Assembly (NCBI GenBank): GCA_951406725.2 | Contig: OX597839.1 | Coordinates: 26,722,001-26,786,000, forward strand | From: Octopus vulgaris | Taxonomy: Eukaryota | Length of the DNA: 64,000 bases | Direction of reading: 5' to 3' | Shown: piece after piece, positions 1 to 13,035 of the stretch | Position numbering within the stretch: the stretch's first letter is position 1 | How the letters are laid out: every line of letters begins with the position of its first letter | Translations under genes and position numbers: made by a program | Notes under the pieces: model-generated | The model's database searches: none | Told to the model about the DNA's origin: nothing | The model's input: only the letters and a program-made list of their open reading frames with translations

Positions 1-176
1 CGTCTTAGTCTTGATACACTGATTAATCTCATTAGTCTAGTTTTAGTCAATAGAATTCCTGGCCTTCACCCTGGCTATCTATGGTTCCTTTTCATCAATA
101 TAACTACTCCCCATATGGATTTGAGACAGGGACCCATCATACTCATCTTCTCCGAATTCTACCCCTACCCACATAC

Positions 177-232
177 TTTCATTAGAGAATTTTCTAGAAA
201 TTCCATTGCTCAGTTCTTCCTTGGTCCTTTGT
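177..232 (-). CDS. Candidate downstream exon RQRTKEELSNGISRKFSNE of the same antisense gene (or terminal exon running to stop at 79)
   Basis: Minus strand ttcctgcctttctctacctcgacctcttacttAG acceptor, open frame in phase 2 matching the 6365 donor, AA|GTATGT donor at 176-171. Confidence 0.4.
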
Positions 233-1165
233 CTAAGTAAGAGGTCGAGGTAGAGAAAGGCAGGAACATGTGGTGTTGTGGCTTTCATGAAGCATCATTA
301 AAGGAAAATAGCTCAAGAATTGTGTTTTGTATAATAAACACGAAGAGGTAGGGGCTGAAAAGTTTCTGGCTTTGAGGGTCTCACAAAAAGCTTGGTTGAA
401 GGCCCAACTTTCTGATTTCTTTTACAGGGCTTAGAAAAGCTGAAGAACCCCTGCAATAAATGTGTGAATCTGAGAGGGGAATATGTTGAATAAAATCATT
501 ATTAACTGATTCTCCTGTATTTTCTTTTACCCAAAACCAGGAACTTTTCAGAACCCTCCCATGTATCCACACACACACGCACATGAGGAATGCTGTGAAG
601 TTTATAGTTTTAAGGGCATCGCAAAAGGCCTGATTGGAAGCCCAACCTTCTGACTTCTTTTTTGGGGTTTACAAAAACTGAAGGACCCCTGCAATAAATG
701 TGTGAATCTGAGAGAGGAGTATGGTGAATAAAACCATAATTAACTGATCCTCCTGTTCTGCTCTATATTTAAGAGATGAGGAAATATGTATATTATTTAC
801 ATTATTTACATTTGCCCATGGGCATATGGCATACTGATTAAGAGCATGGGCTACTAACCCCAAGATTCTGAGATCGACTCCAGGCAGCGACCTGAATCAT
901 CATCATCATCATTTAGCGTCTGTTTTCCATGCTAGCATGGGTTGGACGGTTTAACTGGGGTCTGTGAAGCCGGAAGTCTTCATCAGGCCCAGTCAGATTT
1001 GGCAGTGTTTCTACGGCTGGATGCCCTTCCTAACGCCAACCACTCCGTGAGTGTAGTGGGTGCTTTTTACGTGCCACCTGCACAGGTGCCAGACAGAGCT
1101 GGCAAACGGCCACGAACGGATGGTGTTTTTACGTGCCACCGGCACGGGGGCCAGGCGAGGCTGGC

Positions 1166-1210
<45 letters not shown>

Positions 1211-1265
1211 TAATAACATTGAAAAATACCTTAGGAATGAGAACCCAGGTTCAAAATACCCCCAG

Positions 1266-1311
1266 GACACCTGATGAAGGGATGAGGGTATATCAGCTGA
1301 AACGTTGTGTT
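1266..1311 (+). ncRNA. Minimal hammerhead ribozyme-like motif (Penelope-type, palindromic ACGU stem III)
   Basis: GACAC-CUGAUGA-(eroded stem II)-GAAAC-GUU^GUGUU; stem I GACAC/GUGUU. Confidence 0.55.
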
Positions 1312-2735
1312 AGCAACAAACAAGATGAGGACAAATATCCATCAAATGTAAATAATGTAAATAGCGATCCTCTTGTATTTTCTTTTATTCAAAGCCAGGA
1401 ACTTTTCAGCCTCACCCCTTGTAAATATGGGCACAGGCATGTGGTTAAGAAACTTGCTTCCCAACCACATGGTTTTAGGTTCAGTCCCACTGTGTGGCAC
1501 CTTGGGCTGATCAAAGCCTTGCGAATAGATTTCGTTGATGGAAACTGAAAGAAGCCCATTGTGTGTGTGTGTGTCGCTTTCCTTATCTTTGTCTCTGACT
1601 CACCAGCTCTCTTTATCTTACCCTTTAACCCACCCTCCTATCCCTATCCTTTTAGTTTTCCATTAACTGGCACAAAGCTACCCTTCCAATACTACTCTCC
1701 CCCTCCTCTCAATTGAGGTTTGGTGACCCTGTTGGTGATGGTTCCATGTAAAAAGCACCAAGTACACTCTGTAAAGTAGTTCGCATTAGGAAGGGCCTGC
1801 AGCTATATACTCTGACTATAGACCCTAGTGCAGCTCCTCGCCTTGCCAGTTCCTGTCAATCGTGTGGTGAGGAAGCAAACTTCTTTTATTCATTCAATTG
1901 GCCACAAGGGCCTTACAAAAAAAGGGAGCAAGCTTCTTACCACATAGCCACACCTGCATCTATAAATATGATTGACTGATAGCCATTAAAGCTTTCTTTC
2001 TTTATTGTCTCTCTGTTTATTTTCTCGTGTCCCTTTCTGTGAGGTTCAGTAGTTTTGTTATTGTTGGTTGTAGTGATGGTGGTGATGATGATGATGGCAG
2101 TAGTGTTGGTGTTGGCGGTGGTGGTTGTAGTGATAATAACCCTAAGTAGTGTTGATGATAAAGTATTTCAACCCAGCTAACATTGAAAAACAAAAGGAAA
2201 CAAATACAGAACTCTATGCTCCACCACCACCACCACCACCACCTCGACCACCACCACCACCACCACCACCTCGACCACCACCACCACCACCTCGACCACC
2301 ACCACCACCACCTCGACCACCACCACCACCTCGACCACCACCACCACCACCTCGACCACCACCACCACCACCTCGACCACCACCACCACCACCTCGACCA
2401 CCACCACCACCACCGTCGCTCCCCCCCACTGATAAATGGAAATCTTGATAAAAATTTTTGAAAACTTTGTATAAATGTGTGTGCGTTTATACATTAATAT
2501 ATATATATATTTATTTATATATTATATATATGTATATATTATATATATATATGTATATATATATATGTATATATATCTATATGTATATATGTATATATAT
2601 CTATATGTATATATATCTATATGTATATATATCTATATGTAAATATATATATATATATATATATGTAAATATATATATATATGGTATATATATGTATATA
2701 TATATATATATGTATATATATATACACACACAGAC

Positions 2736-2797
<62 letters not shown>

Positions 2798-3091
2798 GTC
2801 TGTGTGTATGTATGTGTGTGTGTGTGTGTGCGGATGTGTGTGTGTGTGTGAAAGAGGTCAGATTGATAGGGGAGATAAGGAAGCAGCTAGCTTTCTTCAA
2901 GTGTCATGTTCTAGAACATTCTCTTTCTCTCTCCTTTACACCTGCCTTTCTTCCCCTCACCAACCCCACACCTCAGTCCCCCACCCCGCTCTCTCTCTCT
3001 TTCTCTCCACCCAAAACACCCATATACTTATTACATATCAGGACTACTGCATAATACTGATAGAGGCCCACTGCTGTTGCTGCTGCTGCTG

Positions 3092-3149
<58 letters not shown>

Positions 3150-3789
3150 TACCACTACTCTCACCACCACCATGACTAGTACCCAAATGTTTCGAGGTTC
3201 TAATCATTTCCATCTGTTCTGGTTTAGGCCATTGAACTCCATCTGGTATTGAAGCTCCAGCATGGGAGGTTAAGGGTTTTGAGGGAGTGCGGAATCATCC
3301 TTCAGTCACTTCTTCTCCTTGGTCTCTTGTAGCCCTGGGTGGTTGTACTAGTCAAGAGCCCAGTTAAGGGTCAACAAAAAGTGGTCCTGTGTTTTAGGTA
3401 TCCAGGACTCAGAGAAAGGCTGACCTCTAGATAAGTCTCACTCTTAGCTCAGTCTCCCTGGCTAAGGGTTAAACAAGCCCTACGCCCCATCTGAAATGTC
3501 ACCAACACTCTTCAACAGCAAACAGCTGAGTGACCAGACATGTTTTCATGGAAGACTGCAAACAAATAACCTCACTTATTATTATTAAGAAGATGAATTG
3601 GCAGGTTTGTTAGCATGCTGGGCAAAATGCATTCGGCCATCCATACATTCTGAGTTCAAATTCTCCCTGGCTAAGGGTTAAACAAGCCCTGCACCCCAAA
3701 GGTAAGCTTGAGAGAGCCAGAGGTTAGTTCCAGTATGAACATTTCAGTGTGTTTGTGTGTCAATTTGAGGAAAGTGCAATCTGAGATTT

Positions 3790-4182
3790 ACCGGGAGTAA
3801 TAAAAATCAAACATCCGGTCAACATCATGGTGTTTGGAGTGATCACTAGTGATGACAACATTATGCCTATGTTCATCTTCCCGTACAGCCTCAGACTCAA
3901 CACGGAGGCCAACATCAAGTGCCTGGAGGAGGTAGTGCTGCCCTTGGTCAAGAGGGTGGCTGCTGGAAGACACTATGTCTGGCAACAGGACTTTGCTCCA
4001 TGCCACACAAGCAGGAGAACCCACTCATTTCTGTCAGACAATTTCTGCGACCACATCACCCCTAACATCTGGCCACCTAACTCCCCAGACTGCACAACCC
4101 CCTTGATTATTATGTGTGGGGTGCAGTTGAGCGAGAGACCATCAAAACTCCTTGCAACACCAAAGATGAACTGAAGGCAAGG
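3790..4182 (+). mobile_element. Tc1/mariner-superfamily transposase relic, DD37D (maT) type
   Basis: KHP..IMVFGVI...VWQQDFAPCH...WPPNSPDC[2-nt insertion]NPLDYYVW; 37 residues between the 2nd and 3rd catalytic Asp after removing the insertion. Confidence 0.85.
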
Positions 4183-4544
4183 AACGTTATGTTGTGTCTG
4201 GGGAGTTCTATTGCCTCAATGCCTTATCATCTAACACACTCACCTGTTCACACCTGTGAGTGTGTTAGGCAATAAGGCATCAAGACTATATGACACTCCC
4301 CAGACGCGATATATATATACATGATGGGCTTCTTTCAGTTTCTATCTATCGAATCCATTTACAAGGCTTTGGTTGGCCCCAGGCTGTAGAAAAAGACATT
4401 CGCCTGAGGTGCCATGCAAACAGATTGAACCTGGAACCATGTTGTTCTTATTACACAACTATATCAGTGCCTTGTGTACCGCTTGTGTACCGTTGGCGAT
4501 TTTTTTCCTCTGTCTTCCCTTCTCTGGATCTTTGCTTCTCCTAT

Positions 4545-4579
4545 GTTTCTGATGAAGAGCTCCGGTCGAAACGTTAAAC
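4545..4579 (+). ncRNA. Minimal hammerhead ribozyme-like motif
   Basis: GUUU-CUGAUGA-A-GAGC-UCC-GGUC-GAAAC-GUU^AAAC; stem I GUUU/AAAC; one mismatch in stem II. Confidence 0.55.
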
Positions 4580-4685
4580 CCTCCTTCTTCCCTTCCTTCC
4601 TGAGCGTCCAATAATACTATATTTGTTCCACGTCCTCGCATTGTTGTGTTTTCTTTTGTGTTTTCATGTTTGGATTAACTTTATA

Positions 4686-4760
<75 letters not shown>

Positions 4761-4762
<2 letters not shown>

Positions 4763-6027
4763 TAGTATTAAAGACCCGTTGTTGCCAGGTCATAGTGCTA
4801 GTGCATGTATATATGTGTATATATAGTATATATATTTGTACATATTACATGTACATCTATATATATACATTACGGAGATGTACTCGCATAGCAAGTAATT
4901 TGATCTGAGATCGTGTGCTGAAACGAAAACAATTGCAGCGTGGAAGGTGTTTATAAGCCATTTAAGAAACACAAAAAGCCGTATTCATTCAACATTTAAG
5001 TTTAATTTGTCAAATTAAACTTAAATGTTGAAGTGAATCGAACGGCTTTTGTGTGTTTCTTAAATGGCTTATAAACACCTTCCACGCTGCAATTGTTTAT
5101 ATATATACATCTACACATAAAATACAAAATACAAAGTTATATCTTGATATCGCTAGTGATAACAATACTCAAAATATATAACAGACTGGAATTGTTAGCC
5201 TGTCTCTTGTAATTTTGATCAATTGTATCTTGTCCTCCTTTTTGTATAGAAGTGTGTGTGTGTGTGTGGGGGGGGGGGCATTAAAAAATTTTTTCCGGGA
5301 CGTCCTACGTTCCTGATATAAAGGTAAAAATAAAATATTTCCACTTTGCAAGTTCGAGTCGAGTACTCCCTTGCACGCTCCATTGACTCGAACCTTGCTT
5401 CTATTGTGGCGAATTTACCGCCTCTGATTAGATACCTTTCATAGTCGCACCAAGACACTTTTTGAAGGTGCTTTCCTCCATGTGTTCAAATTTTCTTTTT
5501 TCTCTACATTGTATACTTTATAGACAATAGTCTTTTATTTAATTTTATTTTTTATTATCCATCTGGACTATTCCATTTCTGCACGCTAATTCTATTTTTA
5601 ATTTATTCCCATTCATGTGAAATCACTTATTCAAGTTCAAGTCATTGATGCAATTTTATACCAATTGCTATTTTTACTTTTGTTATGTTACGATTATATT
5701 ATACTTTAGTTTGATTTTAATTATTACTTACTACAAATAATTCAATTGTTATTATTATTTTTATTGTTAAAGTGAAAGTATCTGACATAAAATAGAGAAA
5801 CGTTTTTGTTTCACTTTTAACACGTAATACTGAAATAGTGGAGAAGATATGATATTGCTATGGGCTCGCTCTAGGCAAGGAGTTGAACATTTTTTTGCCC
5901 ATGAAACTACATGGACCCTAAGTAAGGAATGTGTAAAATTTGAATGCAATTGGTAGTGTAGTTCTCAAGTTTTAGGGAAACACACAGACAGACAGACAGA
6001 CACACATTCTCAGTTTTATATATATAA
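4761..6027 (-). mobile_element. Probable non-autonomous Helitron-type element (ends inferred)
   Basis: Minus-strand 5' part TATATAAAACTGAGAATGTGTGT(CTGT)n...CCAATTGCATTCAAATTTTACAC (Lep1/HINE-like; second copy at about 26490-26755) and 3' end CCTGGCAACAACGGGT...CTAGT at 4790-4761. Confidence 0.45.
4927..5098. repeat. Near-perfect palindrome, arms about 85 bp
   Basis: AAACAATTGCAGCGTGGAAGG...AATTTG-T-CAAATT...CCTTCCACGCTGCAATTGTTT. Confidence 0.93.
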
Positions 6028-6364
6028 AGGTACGTATATGCATATATGTATATTGGTGGGCCTCTTTCAGTTTCCATCTACCAAATCCACTCACAAGGCT
6101 TTGGTTGACTCGAGGCTATAGTAGAAGACACTTGCCCAAGGTGCCATGCAGTGGGACTGAACTCTGAACCATGCGACCAAACTTCTTACCACATGGCCAT
6201 ACTTGTGCCTACAGATTTATAAAATGTTTTGTTTTTGCTTCTGTTGTTGTAGCTGTTGTTGTTTGTTGTTGCTTAGTCTCAGGTGAGTCCTGATGAAACT
6301 GACAACCTTATAGTCAGAGGCATTCCAGCTGTGACCATCACAACATTTTTTTTTTCAAGCGTAC

Positions 6365-6384
6365 CTAAAAACAAGATTCTCCAT
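6365..6384 (-). CDS. Candidate first coding segment (MENLVF-R) of an unidentified antisense gene; could extend further upstream in the 6355-7185 frame
   Basis: Minus strand reads TTCACC-ATG-GAG-AAT-CTT-GTT-TTT-AG|GTACGC: strong Kozak context followed by a donor site, within unique non-repeat sequence. Confidence 0.4.
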
Positions 6385-7312
6385 GGTGAACTTTTCCCGA
6401 AGACAGTAGTCGGTGATTCGAGGGTGGATTTTGACTGCTATTCTTAGCTGCTCGGGTGACTGCATAGAGACTCCCACCTGACACAGTGGCTCCCCCTGTG
6501 TATTGTTCGCATACAGAAATGTTCTTGTTAACAATGCAATACAGCACTGCTTCTTCCTCTTCCTCCACACTTGCCATACTCTCCCTCTCTCTCTCTCACT
6601 CTCTCTCATCTGTCTCTGTCTCTGTCTCCCCTCTCTCTCTGTCTCTGTCTTCCCCTCTCTCTCTCTGTCTCTGTCTTCCCCCTCTCTCTCTCTCTCTTCT
6701 CTCTTTCTGCAGATGCACATTTGTGCACTTACGTTTGCCATACCCATCAGTAATTCTGCTCCAGGCTCCTCCTCTTCCTCCTCCGCCTCCTCCTCCTTTT
6801 CATCCTTCCCCTCCTCCTCCTTTTCCTCCTCCCCTCCTCCATTGCCACCACCACCACCACCACCACCACCACCTCCTCCTGTCCTCTCCTCTTCCCCCCA
6901 CATCCACCCCGTACTCCAACCGTATTCCACCCTCCTTGCATCCTCCTCCCCATTGCCCCCCTCGTTATCCCTCCTCCTCCTCCTCCTCGGCATTATCACC
7001 ACTGCAATAAACAACAGCAACAACAACAACAACAACAACAATAATATTAATAATCGGTTATCTAAGGTGCCCTCATCATCATCATCATCATCATCATCAT
7101 CACCGTAAGCAGGTACATCATTAACATCATCATCATCATCATCATCATCACTATCACCACCCCCATCATCAATGTGTATGCGCACGTGTGTGTGTGTGTG
7201 TGTGTGTATTCATGCCATATTTATGTATAAATAAAAGCTATACATATATGTATGTAAACATTTCTACACATATACCTATATACATACACACACACACATA
7301 TATATACATATA

Positions 7313-7358
<46 letters not shown>

Positions 7359-7500
7359 TTTATATATATATATATACATACATATATACACATATATATA
7401 TACTTATACGCACATACATACACATATATATATATATACATACATATATACACATATATATATATACTTATACGCACAGACACATATATATATATATATT

Positions 7501-7534
<34 letters not shown>

Positions 7535-8229
7535 ATCTCTATATATATATAAATACACACATACATATAAATAAATGTGCGTATTTATATATATAGAGAG
7601 ATATGTGTATATATATATTTATATATACATATATATATATACATATATATATACACATATATCTATCTATATATATAAATACACACATATTTATTTATAT
7701 GTATGTATCTATGTATGTATATATGTATGTATGTATATATGTATTTATATGTGTATGTATATGTGTATATACACACATATACGTACGTACAGTATATGAT
7801 GTATGTATGTATGTATGTATGTATGAAGGAATAAACTCTCAAAGAAGAAACTGATGGAAACAAAACCCATAAAACCAAAACAAAACGAAAGCCATGGCAA
7901 AGGAAAAAAGCAGAAATACACAAACACGCCATAATAAATCCTCTCTTTTTGTTTTTGTTTTTTTTTTATCTCCTTCTTCGCATCCACCCCTCCTTCTCCC
8001 TCTCCTCCTCCTTGCTCTTTTTTGTTGTCTTGTCTTCCTTTTCTCTCTCTCTCTCTCTCTCTGTTCTGTCTTTCGTGTTTCCAATCAGCTCGGAGAGGCA
8101 TTGGGTGCACCCAGCCACAGTGCACTCAGTGCACCGGCGTCAGTCGAAGCACTTGCATGCACACACACCGAGCTGCTGCTTGCTTCTCTCTGCAGCAGCA
8201 TCTCATAAAATACACTTCCAGATTTATTA

Positions 8230-10046
8230 TCTTAACTCTCCTCTTTCGTTCTCCCTCTCTCCCTCTTTCTCTCTCTCTCATGCAAACTCCCTTTCTTCTC
8301 TTTGATCTCCCTGTTCTCTCTCTCTCTCTCTCTTTAGCTGCTGCCTGTCTGTCTGTCTGTCAGTCTCTCTCTCCCTCTCACTGCTCCCCATCTCTTTCTG
8401 TTCTCTCCATTTTTGCCTCTCTCTCTCTCCGGTCTCTCTTTATCTGCAATCTCTTGCTCTCTCTCTCTCTCTCTTTCTATGTTCTTTCTCTCTTTCGCTG
8501 CTCTCTCTCTCTTTCGCTGCTCCCCATCTCTTTCTCTTTCTCCTCCCTGTCTCTGTTCTCTCTTTATCTGCTCTCTTTTACTCTCTCTCTCTTTCACTAT
8601 TCTCTCCCTCTCTCTCTTTGTTCTTTCTCTCTTTCGCTGCTGTCTGTCTGTCTGTCAGTCTCTCTCTCTCTTTCACTGCTCCCCATCTCTTTTCGTTGTT
8701 TCTCTTTCACCTCTCTGTCTCCGTTCTCTCTTTATCTGCTCTCCTTTACTCTCTCTCTTTCACTATTCTCTCTCTCTTTCTTTGTTCTCCCTCTCCTTGT
8801 TCTTTCTCTCTTTCGCTGCTGTCTGTCTGTCTGTCAGTCTCTTTCTCCCTCTCACTGTTCATCCTCTCTTTCTGTTCTCTCCATTTTTGCCTCTCTCTCT
8901 CTCCGGTCTCACTTTATCTGCAATCTCTTGCTCTCTCTCTCTCTCTTTTCGCTGCTCTCTCTCTCTCTCTCATCTTTTGCTCTGGCTCTTTATGTTCTCT
9001 CTCTCTCTCTCTCTCTCTCTCACTACTCTCTCTTTTGCTGCTCCCTCTCTCTATTTCACTGCCCTCTCTTCCTCTTTCTTGTTTTTCTTCTTTTATCTCT
9101 CTTCCTCTCTATTCTCTCCAATCTTTTTCTCTCCCCCCTCTCCCTTTCTTCTCCCTCTTCTTTACTCTCCCTCTAATTCTCCTGTATCTCTCTAGCTCAT
9201 CTCTCCCCTCTCGTCCTCTCTCTTCTGTTTCTTCTCTTTCTCTCTCACTCTCCTGTGTCTCCCACCTTTTTGTCTCTCTCTCTCTCTCTTTCTCTCTCTT
9301 GTGTCTCTATCTTTCTCTCTGGCTCCTCTCTCTCCCTACCCCCTATCTCTCTCACTCTTGCCTTTTCATTGTTCCTCTACCCCCCTCTCTCCTGTCTATA
9401 TCTCCCTCTTTCTCTCCCTCTTTCTCTCTTCATTATTTCTCTATCTAGGCCCAGTTGTGTAGCTTGCTCCCCAACCGCACGGTTCCGGGTTCAGTCCCAC
9501 TGCATGGCACCTTGGGCAAGTGTCTTCTACTATAACCTCAGACCAACCAAAGCCTTGTGAGTGGATTTGGTAGATGGAAACTGAAAGAAGCCCATCGTGT
9601 ATGTATGTATATATATATATGTCTGTATATGTTTGTGTGTCTGTATTTGTCCCCCCCACCATCGCTTGATAACGGATGCTGGTGTGTTTACATCCCTGTA
9701 ACTTAGCGGTTCAGGAAAAGAGACTGATGGAAGAAATATAAGGCTTACAAAGAATAAGTCTTGGGGTCAATTTCTTTCAGTTAAAAGGTGGTGCTCCAGC
9801 ATGGCTGCAGTCAAATGGCTGAAACAAGTAAAAGAATAGAAGATTATATATTCCTCTCCCCTCCTCTCCCCCCTCACATTCTCCATCACATTCCCCACTT
9901 CTTCACTCTCATCTCTTTCCTTCTCTCTTCATCTCTTTGCTCCCCCAGTCTTTCTCATGTCTTTTCTCTCTCTCTCTCATCTCTTCTTCTTCTTCTTCTT
10001 CTTCTTCTTCTTCTTTTCCTCTCATCCTTTTCTTTACATTTTCCTT

Positions 10047-10088
<42 letters not shown>

Positions 10089-10437
10089 CTGTCTCTTTCC
10101 TTCTAGCTCCTCTCCTCTCCCTTCCCTTCATTCACTCTCTCTTCCTCTCACTCACTCTTCCTCTCACTCACTCTTCCTCCCCTTCTCTCTCTCCCATGTA
10201 GGTCTTTCTATTTCTCTGCTCTCCCTCTCTGCTTATCACTTCTATCTCTCCCTCTCTCCCTCTCTTTACATTTCCTTTGCATCTTTTCTTCTCTTTCCTC
10301 TCTCTCTCTCTCTTGTCATTTCTTCCCCTCCCTTACTCTCCTATCTCTTCACCCCTCTCTTTTTCCATCACCTTTTTTCTTTCTTTCTTGCTTTCTTTCT
10401 CTCCCTCTCTTTCTCACTCTCTCTTTCTTTCTTTCTC

Positions 10438-10480
<43 letters not shown>

Positions 10481-11315
10481 CTCTCTATCTCTTTATCGTT
10501 TACATCCTCCCCTCTCTCTCTCTCCTTCTCATTCTCTCTCCCTTTACCTCTCCTATCTTCTCTCCTTTTCTTCCTCCCTTTTCCTCCTTCCCCTCTTCCT
10601 CCTCCTCTCTCCCCCTCTTCCTCTCCACCCTCTCTCTCTATTTCAGTTTTCCTTTGACTTCTACTTCTCCCCATTTCTCACTTTAACTCTCTCTCTCTCT
10701 CTCTCCCTTTCTACTTGCTTTTGCTCTCTGTCTGCCTGTCTGCCTGTCTATCTACCCTGGTTGACGTTGTTGTTGTTGTGGTTGTTGTTCTCTTCTCATC
10801 TTCTTGTTTTCCTCCCTTTCCTCCCCCTCCTCCTCCTCCTCCTCCTATGTCTTCTCCTTCACCTCCTCCTCGTCTTTCTCTCCAACTCCTCTGCCTGTGT
10901 CTCTTTGGTACTTCCACCATCCCCCCCGCCAACCCTGCCACCCCCACCCCCGCTTCCACAATCTCCTACCCCACTCCCCCCCAACTCCACCACACCAACT
11001 CCCACTCCCACCCCCACAACATAATCCCCCCACTCCCCACCCCGAACATCATCATTCAGGAAACATTTACTTTATTACACTCACTCTTCTGGTCATTGAT
11101 GTTGTGTGGGGTCAGTCGGTCCATTGTGGAACTGGGGGGTGGGGGGGAGTTGGAGGGGAGGAGGTGGTGAAATTCAGACATGCTATTGCCGCTCCTCCTC
11201 CTCCTCCTCCTCCTCCTCCTACTACTACTACTATTACTATTACTCCCCTGTCATCACAGATACTACAAGCATCACCACCTCCAACACAACACAGTGACAG
11301 TGATGACAGGGACCT

Positions 11316-11375
<60 letters not shown>

Positions 11376-11427
11376 CTGCTGCTACCACTACATCACCACC
11401 ACCACCACACCACCACCACAATCTCCT

Positions 11428-11469
<42 letters not shown>

Positions 11470-11560
11470 CTGCTGCTACCACTACATCACCACCACACCA
11501 CCACCACAACCACCACTACAACTACTACTACTACTACAGCTTTTGCTATACATGGATAAT
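8230..11560. repeat. CT-rich low-complexity tract with degenerate internal duplications, then trinucleotide repeats
   Basis: Recurrent CTCTCTTTCGCTGCTGTCTGTCTGTCTGTCAGTCTC blocks at about 8335, 8630, 8810. Confidence 0.85.
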
Positions 11561-11879
11561 GTTGTTTTCTGCTATATTGCTTTTTATTTCCTCATTCTCC
11601 CCCTCAGTCTCATCATTCTGCCCACCATCATCACTGTGGTAATATTGTCCTTGATGCCACCACTACCACCACCACCACCACCACCACCACCACCGCCACC
11701 ATCATCACTGTGGTAATTGTCGTAAAGTAAATGTCATTGTTGTTATTGTCACCATTACCATCTCATTCCATCTGTCATCCTGTTCTGTCTGTGTTGTTTA
11801 ACTTGTAATGGTCCAACTGTCTGTCTGTGTCAATCCTCAGTCTATCTTCTATAAATGTCTATCTGTTTATCTTTGATTA

Positions 11880-12650
11880 TCAATCTATCTGACAGTGACT
11901 GTCAATCTGTCTCTGACTGTGACTGTCAATGTCTTGCTGTGACTGTCAATCTGTCCATGACTATCAATTTATCTACCTGTGACAGTCAATCTGTCTGGCT
12001 ATGACTGTCAGCCTGTTTATTTGCCTATGACTTTGATTCTACTTGTGCCTGTCTATGACTGTCAATATTTGTATTTGTGACTATCAATCTGTTTATCTGT
12101 GACTGTCAATCTGTGACTGTCAATCTGTCTATTCCTGTCAATCTGTCTATTCCTGTCAATCTGTCTATGACTGTCAATCTGTCATTGTCAGCCTGCTTTT
12201 CTGTCTGTGTCTGTGAATCTGTCTACAACAGTCAGTCTGTGTGTTTGGGATTGTCAACCTGTTTATCTGTTTGTGTGTGTCAATCTGTCTATGACTGTCA
12301 CTCTGTCATTGTCAGTCATCTTCTCTGTCTGTGACTGTCAATTTGTCTATTCCTGTCAGTCTATTTATTCCTGTCAGTCTGTCTATTCCTGTCAATCTCT
12401 CTATTCCTGTCAATCTTTCTATGACCATCAATCTGTCATTCTCTGTCTGTATCTGTCAATCTGTCTATGACAGTCAGTCTGTCTATTTGGGATTGTCAGC
12501 CTGTTTAGCTGTTTGTGTCTGTAAATCTGTCTATAACAATCAATTTATCTACCTGTGACTGTCAGCCTGTGTCTACCAACCTGCCTGTCTCAAACTGTCA
12601 ATTTGTGACCCTCAATCTGTTTATCTGTTACTGTCTGTGAACCTGTCAAT
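11880..12650. repeat. Degenerate TGACTGTCAATCTGTCT minisatellite
   Basis: Repeated core CTGTCAATCTGTCT. Confidence 0.85.
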
Positions 12651-13035
12651 CATTATATTATAGATAGATTGATAGCTTTTTTTTTTCTGCTTTATTGCAT
12701 TTTTTACAGAGATGTACTTGCATAGCAAGTGACTTGGTAAAATTTTGTCAGAACAGGTTGCGGTTTCAAAGCAACAAAATTATTTTGACACAAATTAAAT
12801 TTGTTTAAACAAAACTAAAGGATTTCGTGGCTTACAGATATCTTTCATGCAGCAATTGTTTATATTTTTTACGAAAAACTATTTATTTACATATGGAATT
12901 TAATCAAAGTTGACATTTAAAACAGAAGCAAATCTTGTAATATTAAGCATTATCATTTATGCTTAATACACAAATTAACTTTATTCTTTAAAAATTTTTA
13001 ATATCATTTATAATTTCTTCAAAGAAATGTGACTT

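Noticed and set aside
5219-5458. 79-aa minus-strand ORF MSWCDYERYL...
   Set aside because: Non-ATG start, lies inside a probable Helitron-type element, no recognisable motif
6355-7185. 276-aa ORF with TM-like poly-Leu followed by RRRRRR and a W-x5-W-G (WWamide-like) motif
   Set aside because: Mostly built from microsatellites; the motif lacks a downstream basic cleavage site; only the 3' unique part is retained as a candidate exon
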